Source: Velocimicrobium porci (GTDB lineage: Bacteria > Bacillota > Clostridia > Lachnospirales > Lachnospiraceae). From it: 64,000 nucleotides of DNA. This document shows positions 8,318 to 18,916 of the stretch, in pieces; position 1 is the stretch's first letter; each line of letters starts with the position of its first letter. The notes beneath the pieces were generated by a model, which did not search any database, was not told the origin of the DNA, and saw only the letters and a program-made list of their open reading frames with translations. The stretch lies in assembly GCF_009696045.1 (NCBI RefSeq), contig NZ_VUMT01000013.1:14816-78815 (forward strand), given 5' to 3'. The translations under genes were made by a program, and so were the position numbers.

Positions 8318-11068
8318 ATGAGTAACAAAATCTCTGGCAAAAGCCATTCGCATTCAAGCTATCATGCAGCAACACCAAGCAGAAATACTGCTAAATCCTC
8401 TCCTTCGAAAACCTCAAGCTCTTCAAGTAAAAACAGCACTAGCACTTCATCAAAAGCAACAACTAGACCAGCAGCTAAAACGGTAACTAAGCCTGCCACT
8501 AAACCAGTAACTAAAACGACAACTAAATCAAATACTTCAACTTCGTCCTCAAAAAAAACGGATAAGAAAATTAGTTCTAATGAAGTTAAAAAAAACTCCA
8601 CAGACTCTTCAAAAAAGGATGTAAAATCGAAAGAAAAAAATATAGCGAAAAATTTCATTAGTTTAAACTCTAAACAATCAGCAAAACCCAAAAAGCCACA
8701 TAAACCTGTACCCACTTCAAATCAAAAAATAGAAACAGGTCTTCCATTTCCTACAATACCAATTGCTCAATGTGATTTTTACATAAAGGCCATAAAGGAA
8801 TGGTATAAAACTCATGCTGAAGCTCCTGCAAATGGAAATTATACAGGTTTTACTTCGGAAAATTTAAACTCTTATGACAGCTTTATTCCAATTAATAATC
8901 CAATACAAAAGGAGCCCCCGAACCAATTAAATTCCAGCCCAGTCAATTTCCATCCGATAAACCCTGGCATGACCAAACCAAATCTCTCCAACAATACTTC
9001 ATCAAAAAAAAATGAACCTTCCAAAAATATTATTATTTCAAGCAAAGATGTTGTAGTATTAAAGACAAACACGGGTAATAAAACTCCTGTCTCAAAAAAA
9101 CAGGAGAAAAAGAAAGTATTTTTTAATTCAAAAAAAGAGGAAGTACAGTGGACACCAAAAAAAGAGAAGGTAAATAAAAGTGTCCTAACAACAAAAGCAA
9201 CCATCAAACAAGTTATTTCAAAAACAAATGTTAAAAACAAGCACGCTTCTATCTCCCAGCTTCCTATTGAAAAGAATAAGCAAACAAATTCCTTAAGTTC
9301 TTGGAATAAAAATAACCTTTTTAATCATATTCGTTCAGAAAAGAAAAAAGCACTTAATCCTCTTTCTTCTCTTATCCCTGAAAAACAGACGATAACAGAA
9401 ATTATAAATAAGCAAGAGGCAAAGCGAACCTTGTCTTTCGCAAAGACTTTAATCGCTTCCTTAAATCAGGCAACAAAACGTAAATCACACACAACAGGCT
9501 ACTACGCTTCTTTAGAAAAGGAAAAGCAACTCCAAGAACAGGAAAAGCAAAAGAGAAAAAAGGCAGAACTAGCAGAAAAAACAAAAAAAGAAACCAATAA
9601 GAAACTCGAAACAAAGCAAAATTATGATAAAAAACACCACATTGATTTTGGAAAAATAAACGCTACGATTCATTATCGTGGCACAGGAAGTTCTAATAAG
9701 TCCAGAAATCAAACTATTAGGAAACCATCTTTAACATATTCCGGATTAATACACCCTTTGGAGTATCATAAGCCAAACCTAACAAAACTATCACAGCCTT
9801 CTAAAGCAAAACGTTCCTCTTCTAGTAAGCATAAAGGAAAGAAAAAGACAAAGAATACGAAAAGTTCAGAACAAAAAAACGATGGATTTATAGGAAAATT
9901 CTGTAGCAATATAAAGAGTGGACTACACACACTAAAGAACAAGGTAAATCATGCTTATCATGATACAAAATCCAAAGTAACAAATTGGTTTATGAGCAGG
10001 AAAGTAAAACAAAAAACAAAAACAAAAAAATCCAAGACTCATAAAAAAAATAACACTTCCAAAAACCATTCACATCCACATGCGATAAAAGTAAAAGTTA
10101 AAAACTCGCAAAAAAAAGCACACTCCGCAAAACCTGGCAAGCATCATACTATTGCAAAAAAACCGACAGTCCATTCAACTCACTCCTCGCAGTCAAAAGC
10201 AAATGCAAAAAAAGCAACAAAAAACGGTCATGTCATAGATAACGTCCAAACTGCTTTAGACTTCGCCGGTATAGTGTTTGATGGAGCAGATTTAGTAAAT
10301 GCCGGAATTTATTATGTAAGAGGAAAGAAACTGGATGCAACCATATCCGCATTAGGTTCGCTCCCATTTGTAGGAGAAACTGCAAAAGCTGGAAAATATG
10401 CCATAAAACTTTCCAAAGGTGCAAAACTGGCGAAAGGTACAAAGTATGTTGCAAAAGTTTCAAAAACAGAGAAAGACGTCGTACATATTTACAAAATAGG
10501 AAAAGACGGAAAAAAACTCCTCAAATATAAAGGAACCATCCAAGCAATTGGAAAAGGTAGCAACCGGCTAAAAAATAGTGAAAAGGTCTTGAAAAAGGCA
10601 ACGGAAAAGGGGTATCATGTTGTAAGAAATGCCCCAAAGGTAAAAAAAGCAACAAAAGGAACAAAGAAAGCAACTTCCTTGGAAAAGGGACTAAAGGGTG
10701 TTCGTGGTTCGAAAGTAAAAAATAGTAAGAAGGTAGCAAAAAAGCATAAGAGTGGTAGTGGCTCTGTAATAAAAAATATACAATCAAAATCTCCACAGCA
10801 ATTAATTGAAGATGGATGGGAAGACATTACAAATCCTAAAATGGCAGCAAACACAAACTCAAGAGAATTTTATGACCCAAAGTCAGGTTTAAAAATAAGA
10901 TTTGATAAAGGGGTTGATGGTGCAAATGGATTTGAAGCAGTAGACCATTATCATGTAATGAATCCAAATTATACAAACAAAAAAGTTGATTATTATTTGG
11001 ATATAGATGGAAAACCTGTCGGAAAAGGGTCAAAGGCATCTCATATCGTAATTAAAGGAGAAGAATAA
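8318..11068 (+). CDS. giant lysine/serine/threonine-rich protein with a pre-toxin-TG-like motif and a C-terminal toxin-like module (polymorphic-toxin candidate)
   Basis: The ORF is 916 aa and uninterrupted, which is notable in very AT-rich DNA. The N-terminal ~130 aa are S/T/K low complexity, with no signal peptide and no TM segment. Near residue 640 the motif ALDFAGIVFDGADLVNAGIYYVRGKKLDATISALGSLPFVGETAKAGKYA resembles the PT-TG pre-toxin domain. KKATKG-type basic repeats follow, then a compact ~85-aa C-terminal module (GLKIRFDKGVDGANGFEAVDHYHVMNPNYTNKKVDYYLDIDGKPVGKGSKASHIVIKG). Confidence 0.6.
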   Translation: MSNKISGKSHSHSSYHAATPSRNTAKSSPSKTSSSSSKNSTSTSSKATTRPAAKTVTKPATKPVTKTTTKSNTSTSSSKKTDKKISSNEVKKNSTDSSKKDVKSKEKNIAKNFISLNSKQSAKPKKPHKPVPTSNQKIETGLPFPTIPIAQCDFYIKAIKEWYKTHAEAPANGNYTGFTSENLNSYDSFIPINNPIQKEPPNQLNSSPVNFHPINPGMTKPNLSNNTSSKKNEPSKNIIISSKDVVVLKTNTGNKTPVSKKQEKKKVFFNSKKEEVQWTPKKEKVNKSVLTTKATIKQVISKTNVKNKHASISQLPIEKNKQTNSLSSWNKNNLFNHIRSEKKKALNPLSSLIPEKQTITEIINKQEAKRTLSFAKTLIASLNQATKRKSHTTGYYASLEKEKQLQEQEKQKRKKAELAEKTKKETNKKLETKQNYDKKHHIDFGKINATIHYRGTGSSNKSRNQTIRKPSLTYSGLIHPLEYHKPNLTKLSQPSKAKRSSSSKHKGKKKTKNTKSSEQKNDGFIGKFCSNIKSGLHTLKNKVNHAYHDTKSKVTNWFMSRKVKQKTKTKKSKTHKKNNTSKNHSHPHAIKVKVKNSQKKAHSAKPGKHHTIAKKPTVHSTHSSQSKANAKKATKNGHVIDNVQTALDFAGIVFDGADLVNAGIYYVRGKKLDATISALGSLPFVGETAKAGKYAIKLSKGAKLAKGTKYVAKVSKTEKDVVHIYKIGKDGKKLLKYKGTIQAIGKGSNRLKNSEKVLKKATEKGYHVVRNAPKVKKATKGTKKATSLEKGLKGVRGSKVKNSKKVAKKHKSGSGSVIKNIQSKSPQQLIEDGWEDITNPKMAANTNSREFYDPKSGLKIRFDKGVDGANGFEAVDHYHVMNPNYTNKKVDYYLDIDGKPVGKGSKASHIVIKGEE

Positions 11069-11069
11069 T

Positions 11070-11399
11070 ATGTTAGTAACAGAATTAGTAAAGAAAATAA
11101 ATTTTAATGATAGCTGTGTAAATGAGTTGGTTTATGCAAATGGAACAGTGATACTGAATATTGATTTATGCATGTGGAAGCAAAATGAATATCAAGATGG
11201 TGACCCCGAATTAAAGGAAGTTATTTTAAAATTTTTGAATTCAACAAATTATAATTGGGATTCAGAAAAAAGAGAAGATGAGATTGATTATGATTCAATT
11301 GTTGATGTTACATGTGAAGAAAGTACTGTAAAAATAGTATTAGAAGATGAAGTCGTTTCTATATTGACATTTGAGTGTAGTGAGGTTCAAATTGATTAA
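11070..11399 (+). CDS. small acidic protein, candidate immunity protein for the upstream toxin-like gene
   Basis: It starts 1 bp after the upstream stop, with a GGAGAAG RBS inside the upstream gene's 3' end. It is 109 aa and D/E-rich. Confidence 0.45.
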   Translation: MLVTELVKKINFNDSCVNELVYANGTVILNIDLCMWKQNEYQDGDPELKEVILKFLNSTNYNWDSEKREDEIDYDSIVDVTCEESTVKIVLEDEVVSILTFECSEVQID

Positions 11400-11484
11400 A
11401 TTATATCATCCATGAACAAATAATGCTTTGGTGTTAATTGTAGCTATACAATAATTTATGTTGAACATAACTCCTTTAAAATAA

Positions 11485-11537
11485 CTGTATCACCTATCTG
11501 TCCATGAAATGAATGATATGTAGGTGATACAGTTTTT
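11485..11537 (+). terminator. putative terminator after the toxin/immunity-like pair
   Basis: A perfect 12-bp stem, CTGTATCACCTA(N24)TAGGTGATACAG, is followed by TTTTT. The loop is long, so confidence is only moderate. Confidence 0.4.
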
Positions 11538-11721
11538 AGTCTATTAGCAATTAGAGAAAACAGTGTTGAAAATTATACGATTACTTGCTCAAATATTATC
11601 CAGCAGAATTGTGTCTTGGTATCATATTGTCGATTACTGATTATAAGTTCCGTATCCTCTTTTAGGAGAACTTTTTGAAAGTAATGCCCTTTATCCATGA
11701 AATAACATGCCAGTTTCATTT

Positions 11722-12096
11722 TCATGATATGTTCGGCATCTTCTCTATTGAAAGTGCTATCTGATTTCGGTGGTGTGCTTCGGCAATAGCATATTCAATT
11801 ATTTGACTGTGTGTATTCGAAGAATGTTGTTCCTGTAACATATCCAGTAGTCCGTCATAAACAGCAATTGTCATGGATTTATATGCAGATGGAACAAACT
11901 GGTCTGGATGTTGGAGTGCCAGATACAAATTTTCTGCCTTGCGTAATTTGTTCTTCTTTTTATACAGAGCCAGTAACATAATAATCAATATGCAGTCTGT
12001 TTTACAATATTTCTTTCCAAATTCATTTTCTATCTTTTTCAGAGCCATCTCCCAAAGAATTTCGTTGATTTGAATTTTAATATCCTTTTTTCTCAT
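11722..12096 (-). CDS. hypothetical protein (124 aa)
   Basis: Only an ORF. It is the last coding sequence in the insertion. Confidence 0.35.
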   Translation of the reverse strand: MRKKDIKIQINEILWEMALKKIENEFGKKYCKTDCILIIMLLALYKKKNKLRKAENLYLALQHPDQFVPSAYKSMTIAVYDGLLDMLQEQHSSNTHSQIIEYAIAEAHHRNQIALSIEKMPNIS

Positions 12097-12770
12097 ATTG
12101 TTCTGTCTCCTTGAAGGTTTATTTGACCTCTGAGGAGCAGAAGATATATGAGTATGTGAAAAAGGTAGATTGAATAGTTAGCACAAATATCAATTTCCGT
12201 TTATATTCTGCCCCATGAAAGACCACAGAATATAAGCCGAGATGAGTATTCTAAAATGAAAGTATATTTTTTATTATGAGCGGTAGAATTATATAAAATT
12301 TCCGTTTGAAAAGCGGTAATTTCGACTCTAATATTGCTTCAAAAGGTGGTAAATCAAATACAGATTTTTGCCAGAAAAACGGTATCGGATTCTTTTGATT
12401 TTGCTATCAAAGATATTTCAGGATCCCTTTTTCCTTTAGAAATCTAGCCATTTTACAAGATTCTTTCACAATTAAGTTTTACTTCAAGATGAATTATGAC
12501 ATTCACAGACAGGTTACTGACAATTCGCAGGGGTCTCATGAATACAGACAACTTAGACAATGATGGATAATCCCCAGTAATCTTAAACTATCATCCGTTG
12601 ATACCATCGAAATTCTCCAATCTTAATCCGCACATCCTAACATCACACCTCTGTTTTGATTCATTCTGATTTGTAACTACACAGAACCAAGTAAATATGA
12701 TGGAAAAGTTTCCTATAAAGCAAAAAAAAGCCCCTGCCATTCCAGCAAGAGCCATTCTAAATCTCTATTC

Positions 12771-12989
12771 TTATTTATCTCTCCAAATAATTCTACCTTT
12801 TGTAAGATCATAAGGAGAAAGTTCTAATGTAACCTTATCTCCTGGTAAAATACGAATAAAGTTCATTCTTAATTTACCACTGATGTGAGCCAATACTATA
12901 TGTCCATTCTCCAATTCCACACGAAACATTGCGTTTGGCAATTTTTCAACAACAGTTCCTTCGATTTCAACTACATCTGCTTTTGACAT
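12771..12989 (-). CDS. infA: translation initiation factor IF-1
   Basis: The 72-aa ORF reads [53 protein letters not shown]. Confidence 0.95.
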   Translation of the reverse strand: MSKADVVEIEGTVVEKLPNAMFRVELENGHIVLAHISGKLRMNFIRILPGDKVTLELSPYDLTKGRIIWRDK

Positions 12990-13033
12990 TTCGATTCTAA
13001 CCTCCTATCATATCTCACGATTACTGATTATTT

Positions 13034-13789
13034 CTATTTCACCAAAGATAATATCTCAGGCTCACCTTCTGTTATTAAAACAGTATTCTCATAATGGGCA
13101 GATAGAGAGTTATCCTGTGTTACCACAGTCCAATCATCTTCTAACCACCATACATCATAAGCACCTGCATTTACCATTGGTTCAATTGCTAAAGTCATTC
13201 CCGGCTGTAAACGAAGACCACGTCCGATTTGCTTAAAGTTAGGTATCTGAGGTTCTTCATGTAACTGACTACCAATTCCATGTCCGACTAAATCCCGCAC
13301 AACAGAAAATCCGTTTTCTTCTACGTATTTTTGTACCGCTTTTGATATATCGTAAAGATGGCAGCCGGCTTTGGCGTATTTAATTCCCTCAAAAAAACTT
13401 TGTCTTGTAACATCAATCAGTCTTTGTGCTTCACTGCTTATCTCTCCTACTGCATGTGTTCTGGCAGCATCAGAATGATAACCTTTATAGATTACACCTG
13501 CATCAAGACTTACAATGTCACCTTCTTTAAGAATTCTTTTCTTACTTGGAATTCCATGTACTACTTCATCATTTACAGATACACAGATAGAAGCCGGATA
13601 TCCATTATAATTTAAGAAAGAAGGAATGCAGTCATAACTTCTTATAATTTCTTCGCCTAATCTGTCAATATCTTTTGTTGATATACCAGGTCGAATGGCC
13701 TTCTCAAGTTCATCGTGAACAGTAGATAGAATCTTCCCTGCCTCACGCATTAATTCGATTTCTCTGTTCGATTTTATTGTCACAGACAT
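13034..13789 (-). CDS. map: type I methionine aminopeptidase
   Basis: Metal-binding motifs of MetAP type I are present: DIVSLDAGVIYKGYHSD, VGHGIG and EPMV. Confidence 0.9.
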   Translation of the reverse strand: MSVTIKSNREIELMREAGKILSTVHDELEKAIRPGISTKDIDRLGEEIIRSYDCIPSFLNYNGYPASICVSVNDEVVHGIPSKKRILKEGDIVSLDAGVIYKGYHSDAARTHAVGEISSEAQRLIDVTRQSFFEGIKYAKAGCHLYDISKAVQKYVEENGFSVVRDLVGHGIGSQLHEEPQIPNFKQIGRGLRLQPGMTLAIEPMVNAGAYDVWWLEDDWTVVTQDNSLSAHYENTVLITEGEPEILSLVK

Positions 13790-13794
13790 ATTTA

Positions 13795-14436
13795 TCACCC
13801 TAAGATTCTAATTATGGCATCAAATACTTGTGCCATTTCCAATGTACCATCTACAACTACAACTTTGTCTTGTTTTGTATAATAATCAATTAAAGGCTGT
13901 GTCTGCTCATGATATACATCTAACCGTTTTTTTACAGTTTCCGGCTTGTCATCATCTCTTAATACAAGCTGACCACCACAGGAATCACAGATTCCTTCTA
14001 CCTTTGTTGGATTAAATACAACATGGTAAGTACCACCGCAATTTAAGCATGCTCGACGTCCTGACATACGTTCTACAATTACTTCATCCGGTACTTCCAC
14101 ATTTATTGCAAAATCAATGTCTTCATTGCGTTCCTTCAAAGCATTTGTAAGTGCTTCCGCCTGTGGAATTGTTCTTGGGAAACCATCCAGGATATAACCC
14201 TCTTTTGTATCCTCTTCTGTCAGACGGTCTACAACCAAATCTACAACCAGCTCATCTGGAACTAATAAACCTTGATCCATATATTTTTTTGCTTTTTTTC
14301 CAAGTTCCGTCTCATTTTTTATATTTGCTCTAAAAATATCGCCTGTTGAAATATGAGGTATTCCATATTTCTCTGAAATCATCTTTGCCTGTGTTCCTTT
14401 ACCCGCACCCGGTGCACCTAACATAATTATCTTCAT
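13795..14436 (-). CDS. adk: adenylate kinase
   Basis: The start is the ATG at 14436 ([17 protein letters not shown]) with a GAGGAG RBS. A CxxC...CxxC zinc lid is present. Confidence 0.95.
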   Translation of the reverse strand: MKIIMLGAPGAGKGTQAKMISEKYGIPHISTGDIFRANIKNETELGKKAKKYMDQGLLVPDELVVDLVVDRLTEEDTKEGYILDGFPRTIPQAEALTNALKERNEDIDFAINVEVPDEVIVERMSGRRACLNCGGTYHVVFNPTKVEGICDSCGGQLVLRDDDKPETVKKRLDVYHEQTQPLIDYYTKQDKVVVVDGTLEMAQVFDAIIRILG

Positions 14437-14519
14437 CTTGCTTCTCCTCTTTTTTACACTTATGGGGACCACGAAGAAGCTTCGTCGTCCCCCATATGAT
14501 ATTACTCTATTATCGATTC

Positions 14520-15854
14520 TTAATCATTTAAGAAACCTTTGTAGTGACGAACTAACATCATAGATTCAATTTTCTTCATTGTTTCAAGAACAACACCAAC
14601 GATAATGATTAAAGATGTACCACTGAAAGATACACTTGCATCAAAAGCGCCGGAGAAGAAAATTGGAACGACTGCTACAATTGTAAGGCCTACAGCACCA
14701 ATAAAAATTATATTGTTAAGAACTTTTGTAAGGTAATCTGTAGTTGGTTTACCAGGACGAATACCTGGAATAAAACCACCCTGTTTCTTCATGTTATTTG
14801 ATACTTCAATTGGATTAAATGTAACTGAAGTATAGAAATATGCAAAGAAAATTACCAATACAATGTATGCAACAAGACCTAAAGTATACTTAAATTCATG
14901 AATATTTGAGAAATTGCACCATGAACTCTGGTTGAATATCTTTAAAATCTTTTGTCCAAGAGAAGCACCTGCTCCTGAAGCCGGGCTTACTCCCATAAAC
15001 TGTGCAATTACGATTGGGAAAGACATAAGGGAACTAGCAAAAATTACAGGAATAACACCTGCAGTATTTACTTTTAATGGGATATTAGAGGATTGTCCTC
15101 CTACCATTTTCCTTCCTTGAACTTTCTTAGCGTATTGTACTGGAATTCTTCTCTCTCCATCCTGTAATACAATAATAAATACTACCATACCAAGAATTAC
15201 TGCTAAAATAACAACAGCTGCAATGATTTTGTTTACTACAGTTGCACTTGCGATGAACTGATTGTAAAGAGAAGTTAAATCATTTGGTATTCTGGATACG
15301 ATGTTAATTAATAAGATGATAGAAATACCATTACCAACGCCTTTTTCGGTAATACGTTCGCCTAACCACATTAAGAATGCACTACCGGCTGTCATAGACA
15401 CAACGATTACCGTTACATTAGTGAAAGTGATTCCACCTTCAAGTAATCCCTGATTACCAAAACCAACTGACATTGCAATACTTTCGATTAAAGCTAAACC
15501 GATTGTTAAGTAACGAGTATATTCTGCAATCTTCTTTCTTCCATCTTCACCTTCTTTTTGCATTTCCTCTAACTTAGGAATTGCAATTGTTAAAAGCTGA
15601 ATAATAATGGAAGCTGTAATGTATGGAGTAATATTTAATGCAAATATAGACATTTGTGTAAAGGAGCCACCTGTCATCGCATCAAAAAAGTTAAGTGCGG
15701 TTTGTTGTTCAAACCAGCTTGCAAAGTAATTTCTGTCTACCCCCGGAACAGGAAGCTGACATCCGATTCTGACAATTATTAATGCCATAAAAGTATATAG
15801 TAACTTAGTTCTAATATCTTTTATTTTTAGAGCATCACGGAGTGTCTTTATCAT
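14520..15854 (-). CDS. secY: preprotein translocase subunit SecY
   Basis: A 444-aa polytopic membrane protein, located between rplO and adk. Confidence 0.95.
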   Translation of the reverse strand: MIKTLRDALKIKDIRTKLLYTFMALIIVRIGCQLPVPGVDRNYFASWFEQQTALNFFDAMTGGSFTQMSIFALNITPYITASIIIQLLTIAIPKLEEMQKEGEDGRKKIAEYTRYLTIGLALIESIAMSVGFGNQGLLEGGITFTNVTVIVVSMTAGSAFLMWLGERITEKGVGNGISIILLINIVSRIPNDLTSLYNQFIASATVVNKIIAAVVILAVILGMVVFIIVLQDGERRIPVQYAKKVQGRKMVGGQSSNIPLKVNTAGVIPVIFASSLMSFPIVIAQFMGVSPASGAGASLGQKILKIFNQSSWCNFSNIHEFKYTLGLVAYIVLVIFFAYFYTSVTFNPIEVSNNMKKQGGFIPGIRPGKPTTDYLTKVLNNIIFIGAVGLTIVAVVPIFFSGAFDASVSFSGTSLIIIVGVVLETMKKIESMMLVRHYKGFLND

Positions 15855-15857
15855 CCC

Positions 15858-16298
15858 CTAGATCACCTCAGCATTTCCACCAAGAGCTTCAATTTTCTGC
15901 TTTGCACCCTCGCTATAAGCGTTAACTTTAACTGTAAGCTTCTTAGTTAATTCTCCATTTCCAAGAATTTTAACACCATCTCTTGGGTTTTTAACGATTC
16001 CTGCTCCAACTAATGTTGCTACAGTTACTTCTGCACCATCATCAAAACGATTGAGCATATCTACATTAATACCAACGATTTGTTTGCTGTTTCTACATGT
16101 GAAACCTCTCTTTGGCAATCTTCTGTATAATGGCATCTGACCACCTTCGAAACCTGGTCTTGGAGCACCTGAACGTGCTTTTTGTCCTTTATGACCTTTA
16201 CCAGCAGTTTTACCATTTCCTGAACCATGTCCACGGCCTCTTCTAAAATTATCATTGTGCTTTGAGCCGTCAGCAGGTCTTAATTCTGATAAGTTCAT
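15858..16298 (-). CDS. rplO: 50S ribosomal protein L15
   Basis: The start is the ATG at 16298 ([39 protein letters not shown]) with a GGAGGTG RBS. Confidence 0.9.
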   Translation of the reverse strand: MNLSELRPADGSKHNDNFRRGRGHGSGNGKTAGKGHKGQKARSGAPRPGFEGGQMPLYRRLPKRGFTCRNSKQIVGINVDMLNRFDDGAEVTVATLVGAGIVKNPRDGVKILGNGELTKKLTVKVNAYSEGAKQKIEALGGNAEVI

Positions 16299-16452
16299 CC
16301 TGCGCACCTCCTTATAATATTTCCTGAATCCACAGAACTTCCTTATCCAAAATGGATAAGGATTACCGTGCATCAATTAATCTACAATAGTTTCTTTATC
16401 AATCATTCATAAAAAATATATTGATAACCTATAAAAACTTATAATCTATTAA

Positions 16453-16635
16453 TTAGATTTCTTCGACTTTTACTAAATGTCTTACCTGCCAAACCATACC
16501 TCTTACAGCATCGTTGTCTGGCATTTCAACTGTCTTATTTAATTTTTTAAGACCTAAAGCTTCAACTGTTTTTCTGTGCTTTGGAATTGCACCGATTGTT
16601 GACTTTACTAAAGTAATTTTTAATTTACCAGCCAC
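16453..16635 (-). CDS. rpmD: 50S ribosomal protein L30
   Basis: MAGKLKITLVKSTIGAIPKHRKTVEALGL, 60 aa. Confidence 0.9.
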   Translation of the reverse strand: MAGKLKITLVKSTIGAIPKHRKTVEALGLKKLNKTVEMPDNDAVRGMVWQVRHLVKVEEI

Positions 16636-16676
16636 TTGATTACACCTCCTGATATTGTGCTACAGCTTAAAAGTTA

Positions 16677-17186
16677 TTAACCTAACATTTCTTCTACTGA
16701 AATACCACGAAGCTTAGCAACTTCTTCTGGAGTCTTTAATTGGCTTAAACCTTGAATTGTAGCAAGTACAACGTTTTGTTTATTATTAGAGCCTAAAGAC
16801 TTTGTACGAATGTTTTTGAATCCTGCAAGCTCAAGTACAGAACGAGCTGGACCACCAGCGATAATTCCAGTACCTTCTGGGGAACGTTTCAGCATTACAG
16901 AAGCACTGCCGAATTTTCCAACATAGTCATGTGGTACACTACCATTTTCATCTAAAGGTAAGGTAATTAACTTTTTAATTGCGTCTTCTTTTCCTTTACG
17001 GATTGCTTCTGGAATTTCTGCTGCTTTTCCTAAACCAGCACCAACGTGTCCGTTCTTGTCACCAACAACTACTAATGCAGTAAAACGGAAGTTACGACCA
17101 CCTTTTACTACTTTAGTAACACGTTTGATTGATACTACTTTATCTTCTAATTCTAATTGACTAGCATCAATTATCTCACGTTTCAT
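16677..17186 (-). CDS. rpsE: 30S ribosomal protein S5
   Basis: Conserved S5 motifs [22 protein letters not shown] and [11 protein letters not shown] are present. Confidence 0.95.
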   Translation of the reverse strand: MKREIIDASQLELEDKVVSIKRVTKVVKGGRNFRFTALVVVGDKNGHVGAGLGKAAEIPEAIRKGKEDAIKKLITLPLDENGSVPHDYVGKFGSASVMLKRSPEGTGIIAGGPARSVLELAGFKNIRTKSLGSNNKQNVVLATIQGLSQLKTPEEVAKLRGISVEEMLG

Positions 17187-17205
17187 GTATAAATTTCCTC
17201 CTTAC

Positions 17206-17574
17206 CTAGAATTGTAAACCAGCTTCTCTGGCTGCATCTGCTAATGCTTTAATTTTTCCTTGATATATGAATCCGCCTCTATCAAAGACAACGTTTGTAA
17301 TACCTTTATCTAATGCTTTTTTTGCAATTACTTCGCCTAATTTGGCTGCTGCATCAACATTATTTGTTTTTTCTAATTCTGCCTTTACATCTTTTTGAAG
17401 AGTAGAAGCTGATACTAAAGTATTACCAACTGTGTCGTCAATAATTTGAGCGTACATATGATTATTACTTCTAAACACAGCTAAACGTGGTCTTTCTGCA
17501 GTTCCTGCAAAACGATTACGAATTCTTCTATGCTTATTTTCACGAATTTTACTTCTTGATTCTTTTTTAACCAT
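17206..17574 (-). CDS. rplR: 50S ribosomal protein L18
   Basis: [18 protein letters not shown] and [24 protein letters not shown]. Confidence 0.95.
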   Translation of the reverse strand: MVKKESRSKIRENKHRRIRNRFAGTAERPRLAVFRSNNHMYAQIIDDTVGNTLVSASTLQKDVKAELEKTNNVDAAAKLGEVIAKKALDKGITNVVFDRGGFIYQGKIKALADAAREAGLQF

Positions 17575-17593
17575 CGTTTTTTCACTCCTTCAA

Positions 17594-18136
17594 TTATTTT
17601 TTACCAGTCTTACCAACTTTACGTCTGATAACTTCATCAGCATATTTGATACCTTTACCCTTATATGGTTCTGGAGCTCTCTTCTCTCTGATTTCAGCAG
17701 CGTATTGGCCAACTTTTTCTTTATCAATACCTCTAACAATAATCTTATTCTGTCCATCAACTGTAATTTCAAGACCTTCTGGATCTTCCATTACAACTGG
17801 GTGAGAATATCCTAAAGATAATGTTAATGTCTTACCTTGTTTTGCAGCTCTGTAACCAACACCGTTGATTTCAAGAACTTTTTCGTAACCATCTGTTACA
17901 CCGATAATCATGTTATTAATTAATGTTCTTGTTAAACCATGTAATGATTTCATTTTCTTTAAATCATTTGGTCTAGAAACAGTAATTTCAGATCCTTCTA
18001 ATTTGATTTGCATCTCTGCAGGTAATACTCTTTCAAGTGTACCTTTTGGACCTTTTACAGTCACTTTATTATTTTCTGCAATATCAACAGTTACTCCTGC
18101 TGGTACCGCGATAGGCATTCTTCCTATACGTGACAT
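17594..18136 (-). CDS. rplF: 50S ribosomal protein L6
   Basis: [19 protein letters not shown]...GYSHPV...PEPYKGKGI. Confidence 0.95.
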   Translation of the reverse strand: MSRIGRMPIAVPAGVTVDIAENNKVTVKGPKGTLERVLPAEMQIKLEGSEITVSRPNDLKKMKSLHGLTRTLINNMIIGVTDGYEKVLEINGVGYRAAKQGKTLTLSLGYSHPVVMEDPEGLEITVDGQNKIIVRGIDKEKVGQYAAEIREKRAPEPYKGKGIKYADEVIRRKVGKTGKK

Positions 18137-18269
18137 GCCCGCACCTCCTGTATTAATATAGTGAAGAGTTAAGCTTTTAATAAGATTAACTCTTACGCTT
18201 CATTGTTACCTTTTGTCTGACTTCGTCTGACATTTTTGCATCTATCTAAATGACCAATATGCTTTTTTA

Positions 18270-18671
18270 TTACCAGATGAATGCTAATACTTCTCCACCA
18301 ACGTTAGCTTTTCTAGCTTCTTTGTCAGTGATAACACCTTTGTTTGTAGAAATAATAGCGATACCTAAGCCACCAAGTACCTTTGGAAGTTCTTCAGCGT
18401 TTGCGTATACACGAAGACCCGGTTTGGAAATTCTCTTAAGACCTGTAATAATTTTAACGTTTTTATCTTTACCATATTTCAATGTGATATGAATTGACTT
18501 AAATCCGCCAACTTCTTCAATGGAATAATCTTTAATGTAACCTTCTTTTAAAAGGATATCAGCGATAGCTATCTTCATTTTAGAAGCAGGTACATCTACT
18601 GTATCGTGTTTTGCAGTATTTGCATTACGAATTCTTGTAAGCATATCTGCAATTGGATCGCTCATTGTCAT
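18270..18671 (-). CDS. rpsH: 30S ribosomal protein S8
   Basis: [18 protein letters not shown]... Confidence 0.95.
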   Translation of the reverse strand: MTMSDPIADMLTRIRNANTAKHDTVDVPASKMKIAIADILLKEGYIKDYSIEEVGGFKSIHITLKYGKDKNVKIITGLKRISKPGLRVYANAEELPKVLGGLGIAIISTNKGVITDKEARKANVGGEVLAFIW

Positions 18672-18714
18672 TTGGTTGTTCCTCCTTATTTAAATGATAT
18701 GCGAATCTATCTAA

Positions 18715-18900
18715 TTACCAGCTTGCTTTCTTAACACCTGGGATTTGTCCCTTGTAAGCTAATTCACGGAAGCAAATTCTGCAAATTCCGTATTTTCTTA
18801 AATAAGCATGTGGACGTCCACAGATTCTACAACGATTGTACTCTCTTGTAGAGAACTTTGCAGGGCGTTGTTGTTTTACCTTCATAGACTTTTTAGCCAT
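18715..18900 (-). CDS. rpsZ: 30S ribosomal protein S14 type Z (zinc-binding)
   Basis: The ORF is 61 aa with CRICGRP...CRIC cysteine pairs. Confidence 0.9.
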   Translation of the reverse strand: MAKKSMKVKQQRPAKFSTREYNRCRICGRPHAYLRKYGICRICFRELAYKGQIPGVKKASW

Positions 18901-18916
18901 GAAATTTACCTCCTAA

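Noticed and set aside
8362-10854. Several 67-122 aa ORFs on the minus strand inside the 916-aa gene (8362..8715, 8872..9240, 9402..9614, 10233..10463, 10521..10796, 10615..10854, 10836..11039)
   Set aside because: They are antisense to an A-rich lysine-coding gene. Their F/L-rich translations are the expected artefact of reading poly-A codons backwards. No RBS was found.
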